From contig NC_090404.1 in the NCBI RefSeq assembly GCF_036365525.1, positions 13,110,550 through 13,174,549 on the forward strand: a stretch of DNA of 64,000 bases, given 5' to 3'. The notes beneath the pieces are model-generated. The model saw nothing but the letters and a program-made list of their open reading frames with translations. It was not told where the DNA came from and ran no database searches. Source of the stretch: Heterodontus francisci (lineage: Eukaryota). The position numbers and the translations under genes were made by a program. Numbering within the stretch: the first letter of the stretch is position 1; every line of letters begins with the position of its first letter. This document shows, piece by piece, positions 59,855 through 64,000 of the stretch.

Positions 59855-60675
59855 AGCTGAGTGGGACTGACCTCACTTGGCTCCACTCAGAAGTATCCAA
59901 TCATAGCCAAAGAATCTCGAGCAATGGCTTCTCTTCCCAACCCGTTACCATTGGAGTTTCCCAAGGATCTATCGATGGCCCCTTCTATCCCTCATCTATC
60001 TGCTGCCCCTTGGTGCCATCATCCAAAGACATGACATCAGGTTCCACATGTACACTGAAGATACCCATCTCTACCTCACCACCACCTCTCTTGACCCCCT
60101 CCAGTGTTTCAGTGTTGTCAGTCTGTTTGTCTATTCTAATGCTCTCTGACTGACCTCCACCCTGCTTAGACTTGAGCTCATCCAAACTCTGCTGCCTTTT
60201 AACCCAACCATCACAAAGTCCCAGTCATCCATCACTACTGTGCTCACTGACCTACAATGGCTCCAGGTCCACCAATGCCTCCAGTTTAAAATTCTCAACT
60301 CGGGTTCAAATCCCTTCAAGGCCTCACCCCTCCCTATATCTGTAACCTCCTCCAGCCGTACAACCCTCAGAGAACTCTGCATTCCTCCAACTCTGGCCTC
60401 TTACACATCCCTCACTCTCTCTGTCCCATTGGCTGTGCATTTAATCATCGGCCCTAACCTCTGGAATTCTCTCCCTATACCTCTCCGCCAGTCCACATCT
60501 CTCCTCCTTTAAGACCATCCTAATAACCTATGTCTTTGACCAAGATTTTAGTCAGCCCTCCTAATATCCCCTTCTTTAGCTCAGTGTTAATTTTTTTCTG
60601 ATTTGTGAGTTAAAGCTTCTGAGATGTGCCATGGGAGACTTTCCTACCTTAAAGGTGCGATGTAGATGACAGTTG
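59855..60675 (+). mobile_element. L2 3' part (third copy)
   Basis: Aligns with 13519-14335 and 35850-36665. Confidence 0.78.
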
Positions 60676-61182
60676 TTTTAAAAATCACATTACAACAGAC
60701 AGGGGAAGCTGGTATTAAAATAATATCTGTGTACAGAGAGTTAGGTTGCAGATCAACCATGATCTCATTGAATGACAGAACAGGATCAAGGGGCTGAATG
60801 GCTGACTCCTGTTCCTATGTCCCTAATAAACTTGGACTTAAACTCAGCTGATGAATGGAAAGTCATGGGAGAACTAGGGAGAAGGCAGTGCAACAGGAAG
60901 CCAGCACTTGAGAAGAATTAGACAGTTGGGGAAGTCTGGGGAGAAAGTACATAGGAACTGGAGTAGGCCATTCAGCCCATCAAGCCTGCTGCACCATTCG
61001 ATTGGATCCTGAGTGATCAATTAATCTCCCCTCCTCTGAAAAAATTAAGATTTATTTGACATTTATTCAGCCCAATTATAGGGGTTATCATCAGGAGAAA
61101 GAAACCACAACTGTCAAAATGAACAGGTTCAGTCCTGGATGTGAGTAACAGCAGGAATAACAGCAGGATTCAACCCTTGGCA

Positions 61183-62102
61183 GTCAATCATGAACTTGCT
61201 GGTGTCTCAGCAGGTGGGATTAATTTGTGAATACTTTCCCACACACTGAGCAGGTGAATGGCCTCTCCCCAGTGTGTACTTGCTGGTGTCAGAAGGTGGG
61301 ATGATTAACTAAATCCCTTTCTACAAACAGAACAGGTAAACTGTCTCTCCTCAGTGTGAATGCGCTGGTGTCACAAAAGGTTGGATGCTTCAGTGAATCC
61401 CTTCTTACACACTGAGCCGGTGAAAGACCTCTCCCTGGTGTGCCAGAAGGTGGGATGAATTAGCGAATCCCTTCCTACGCACTGAGAAGGTGTACAGCCT
61501 TTCCCTGGTGTGTCAGCAGGGTGGACGACTGATTAAATCCCTTCCCACAAATGGAGCAGGTGAATGGCCTCTCCCCAGTGTGAACTCGCTGGTGTTTCAG
61601 CAGGAGAGATGAATAAATGAATTCCTTCTCACAGTTGGAGCTGTGGTAAATGGCCTCTCTCCGGTATGACTGCGCCAATGAGTTTCCAGCTTGGATGGGC
61701 AACTGAATCCCTTCCCACAGTCCGCACATTTCCACGGTTTCCCCGTGGCGTGGGTGCCATTATTGTCTCTCCACGTTGAATGATAAGTTGAAGCCTCGTT
61801 CACACACAGAACCCATTTACCGTTTCTCCCCACTGTGAATGGTGTGATGTTTTCTCAGGTGTGTAACTGGTTAAAGCTCTTTCCACAGTTAGTGCTCTCA
61901 TTCAGGTGTGTGTGTCTGTGTGCCTCGGTGCTTTTCTAATCACAGTGATGATTGAAATCTTTCCCCACAAACAGAAAAAACATTTCTCCTTTCAAATTCG
62001 AAGGCCGATGATATTCAGATCCTGATGAATCGAGTGACTGTCAGATCTTGATGTTATGTTTGGTTTCAGTTTCTTGACTGCAAAATATTCCCTTCTAAGA
62101 CC
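61183..62102 (-). pseudogene. C2H2 ZNF pseudogene I
   Basis: Multiple deletions and frameshifts in the finger array; acceptor tttgacag|g is intact at 62103/62102. Confidence 0.85.
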
Positions 62103-62399
62103 CTGTCAAAGGAGTTTATAAAAGTCATCACTAAGTCCAGGATAGAAATTCTGAACAGACAATTCTAGTTTTTATGGAAAATGTTTTCCTCTCTTGTTCC
62201 CCCAAAGCTGTAAATCCGCATCCCACACACTCTCCCTCCTCCCTGTGCTGAAATCCAAACCCATTGCATCATCTGCACCATTTCTTTCCTCCACCGCCAG
62301 TTTTCTCCCTCCCTCTACTCTGACTGGGTTCAGTTCTCCAGCCCCTGTGTGCAGAGTGAGAATCAAATCAATGAGTCAATGATTTTCTCTCCTGGTGAC

Positions 62400-62750
62400 T
62401 GGGACCCTGAAGCCCCGCCCACTCTGTGTGTCGTTACCAGGATGACCGCGCATGCGCTCTGCTCCCCGCTCAGCCAAGATGGCGGCCGTTCACCTGGGCC
62501 TGTTCCCGAAAAAAAGCCCCGGAGCTGCAAAGCTGGGACCTGGGGGTTCTTATTCGGGGCTTGCGGCCTACACCAGGTGTTTCTGAAGCTTCCCCACCGG
62601 CTCCATTCCTCCACTGCGCCTCGCGGCCTCTCACCCGCTGCAAAAGCGTCTCCAGCACTCGCACAGCTCTGATGAAACTGACACTACGCATGCTCCAGCT
62701 GCTGTGTAGCACTGCGCCTGCTCGCTGTGAATAGGGCACATTCACTTCCT
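62400..62750 (-). promoter_or_regulatory. CpG promoter and exon 1 of ZNF I
   Basis: gccccgccca, cgcgcatgcgc, caagatggcggc, donor cgg|gtgaga near 62635, ggaagtg near 62745. Confidence 0.7.
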
Positions 62751-63029
62751 TACCGAATGCCGGGTAAGAGGTCCGCCATTGAAACTGTTAATTGTGGAAT
62801 CGTCAATGAATTTCTAAGGATCCTGGATGTGATTAATAACAGCTTTGGATAAATTTGCCTCAGAGGGAGTGCAATGAAGGCCCCATCACCTCTCGCGACC
62901 TGCCTTGCCTCTTTGGGTGGCGAAGCGGGGAACAATCAAACGTGGGAGCGAGTGGCCGAGAGAAGGGAAACGGCGTGACCTGGAGCTAGCGGCTGGAGGG
63001 GGACGGAGAGCGAGCAGGGAACAATCGGC

Positions 63030-64000
63030 CGCTGGACAAAGTCTCTATCACGAGGGACAAAGTATTTGACAAACGAATGGGGCTAAAGGCAGACAAGTCG
63101 CCAGGACCTGAAGGCCCGCATCCAAGGGTTTTAAAGGGAATGGCTGCAGAGATAGTGGAGGCATTGGTCGAAATATTCCAGAACTCACTGGATTCCGGGA
63201 GGGTCCCAGCAAATTGGAAAACCGCTAATGTGACGCTCCTGTTCAAGAACGGAGGGAGACAAAAAGCAGGAAACTATAGGCCAGTCAGCGTAACATCCGT
63301 CATTGGGAAAATGATAGTTCATTATTAAGAAAGAAATAGCAGGACATTTAGAAAAGCTTAACACAATCAAACAGAATCAACATTGTTTTGTGAAAGGGAA
63401 ATTATGTTTGACAAATTTGCTAGAGTTCTTTGAGGATATAACAAGTAGAGTTGATAAAGAGGAACTGGTAGATGTAGTGTATTTGGATTTCCAGAAGACA
63501 TTCGATTAGGTACAACATAAAACATTATTGCACAAGATAGGAGTTCACAGTATTGGGGGTAATGTATTAGCATGGATTGAGGATTGGTTAACTCACAGGA
63601 GAGAGAGAGTCAGGCTTAATGGGTCTTTTTCAGGTTGGAAAGACGTAACTAGTGGAGTGCCACAAGGATTAGTCCTAGGGCCTCAATTATTTACTATCCA
63701 TATTTAGGACTTGGAGGAGGGAGCAGAATGTAATAGATCCAAATTTGCTGACAATACAAAAATAGGTGGGAGAGCATGTTGTGATGAGGACATAAGGAAT
63801 CTGCAAGGGGATATAGATAGGTTGACTGAGTGGACAAAAACTTGGCAGATGTAGTTTAATGTAGGAAAGTGTGAGGTCATGCATTTTGGTAGGAAGAATC
63901 AAAAGACAGACTATTATTTAAATGAGAGACACTCCAAAAGAGTGCAGCACAGAGGGATCAGGGTGTTCTTGTGCATGAAACACAAAAAGTTAGCATGTAG
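63030..64000 (+). mobile_element. CR1 ORF2 RT internal fragment, running off the window
   Basis: KSPGPEGPHPR, NYRPVSVTS, SGVPQGLVLGP and KFADNTKIG motifs. Confidence 0.85.

Overview
Vertebrate genomic DNA, most likely from a shark or other elasmobranch; this is inferred from the HE1/V-SINE-like SINEs and the CR1, L2, RTE and Penelope repeat content. The window is a birth-and-death cluster of KRAB-less C2H2 zinc-finger (ZNF) genes: nine substantial copies and at least three remnants. They lie on both strands and were multiplied by direct and inverted segmental duplication. Only two copies have a simple ATG-initiated intact ORF (37155-37829 minus, 52679-53521 plus). The space between genes is filled with nested LINEs, SINEs, solo-LTR-like elements and two copies of a decayed retrovirus-like RNaseH-integrase region. 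The most notable signals, all read by eye from the paralogs, are: (i) a frame-preserving peptide conserved after the terminal TGA-CTG; (ii) a highly conserved 127-nt downstream block that is phase-compatible with a GT overlapping that stop; (iii) a conserved in-frame stop inside the first finger; (iv) start codons apparently made by CpG decay (ACG/ATG/ACA); (v) inverted hammerhead-like Penelope termini next to a ZNF143-type promoter. Repeat boundaries are approximate and family names are recognised from motifs, not from database searches.
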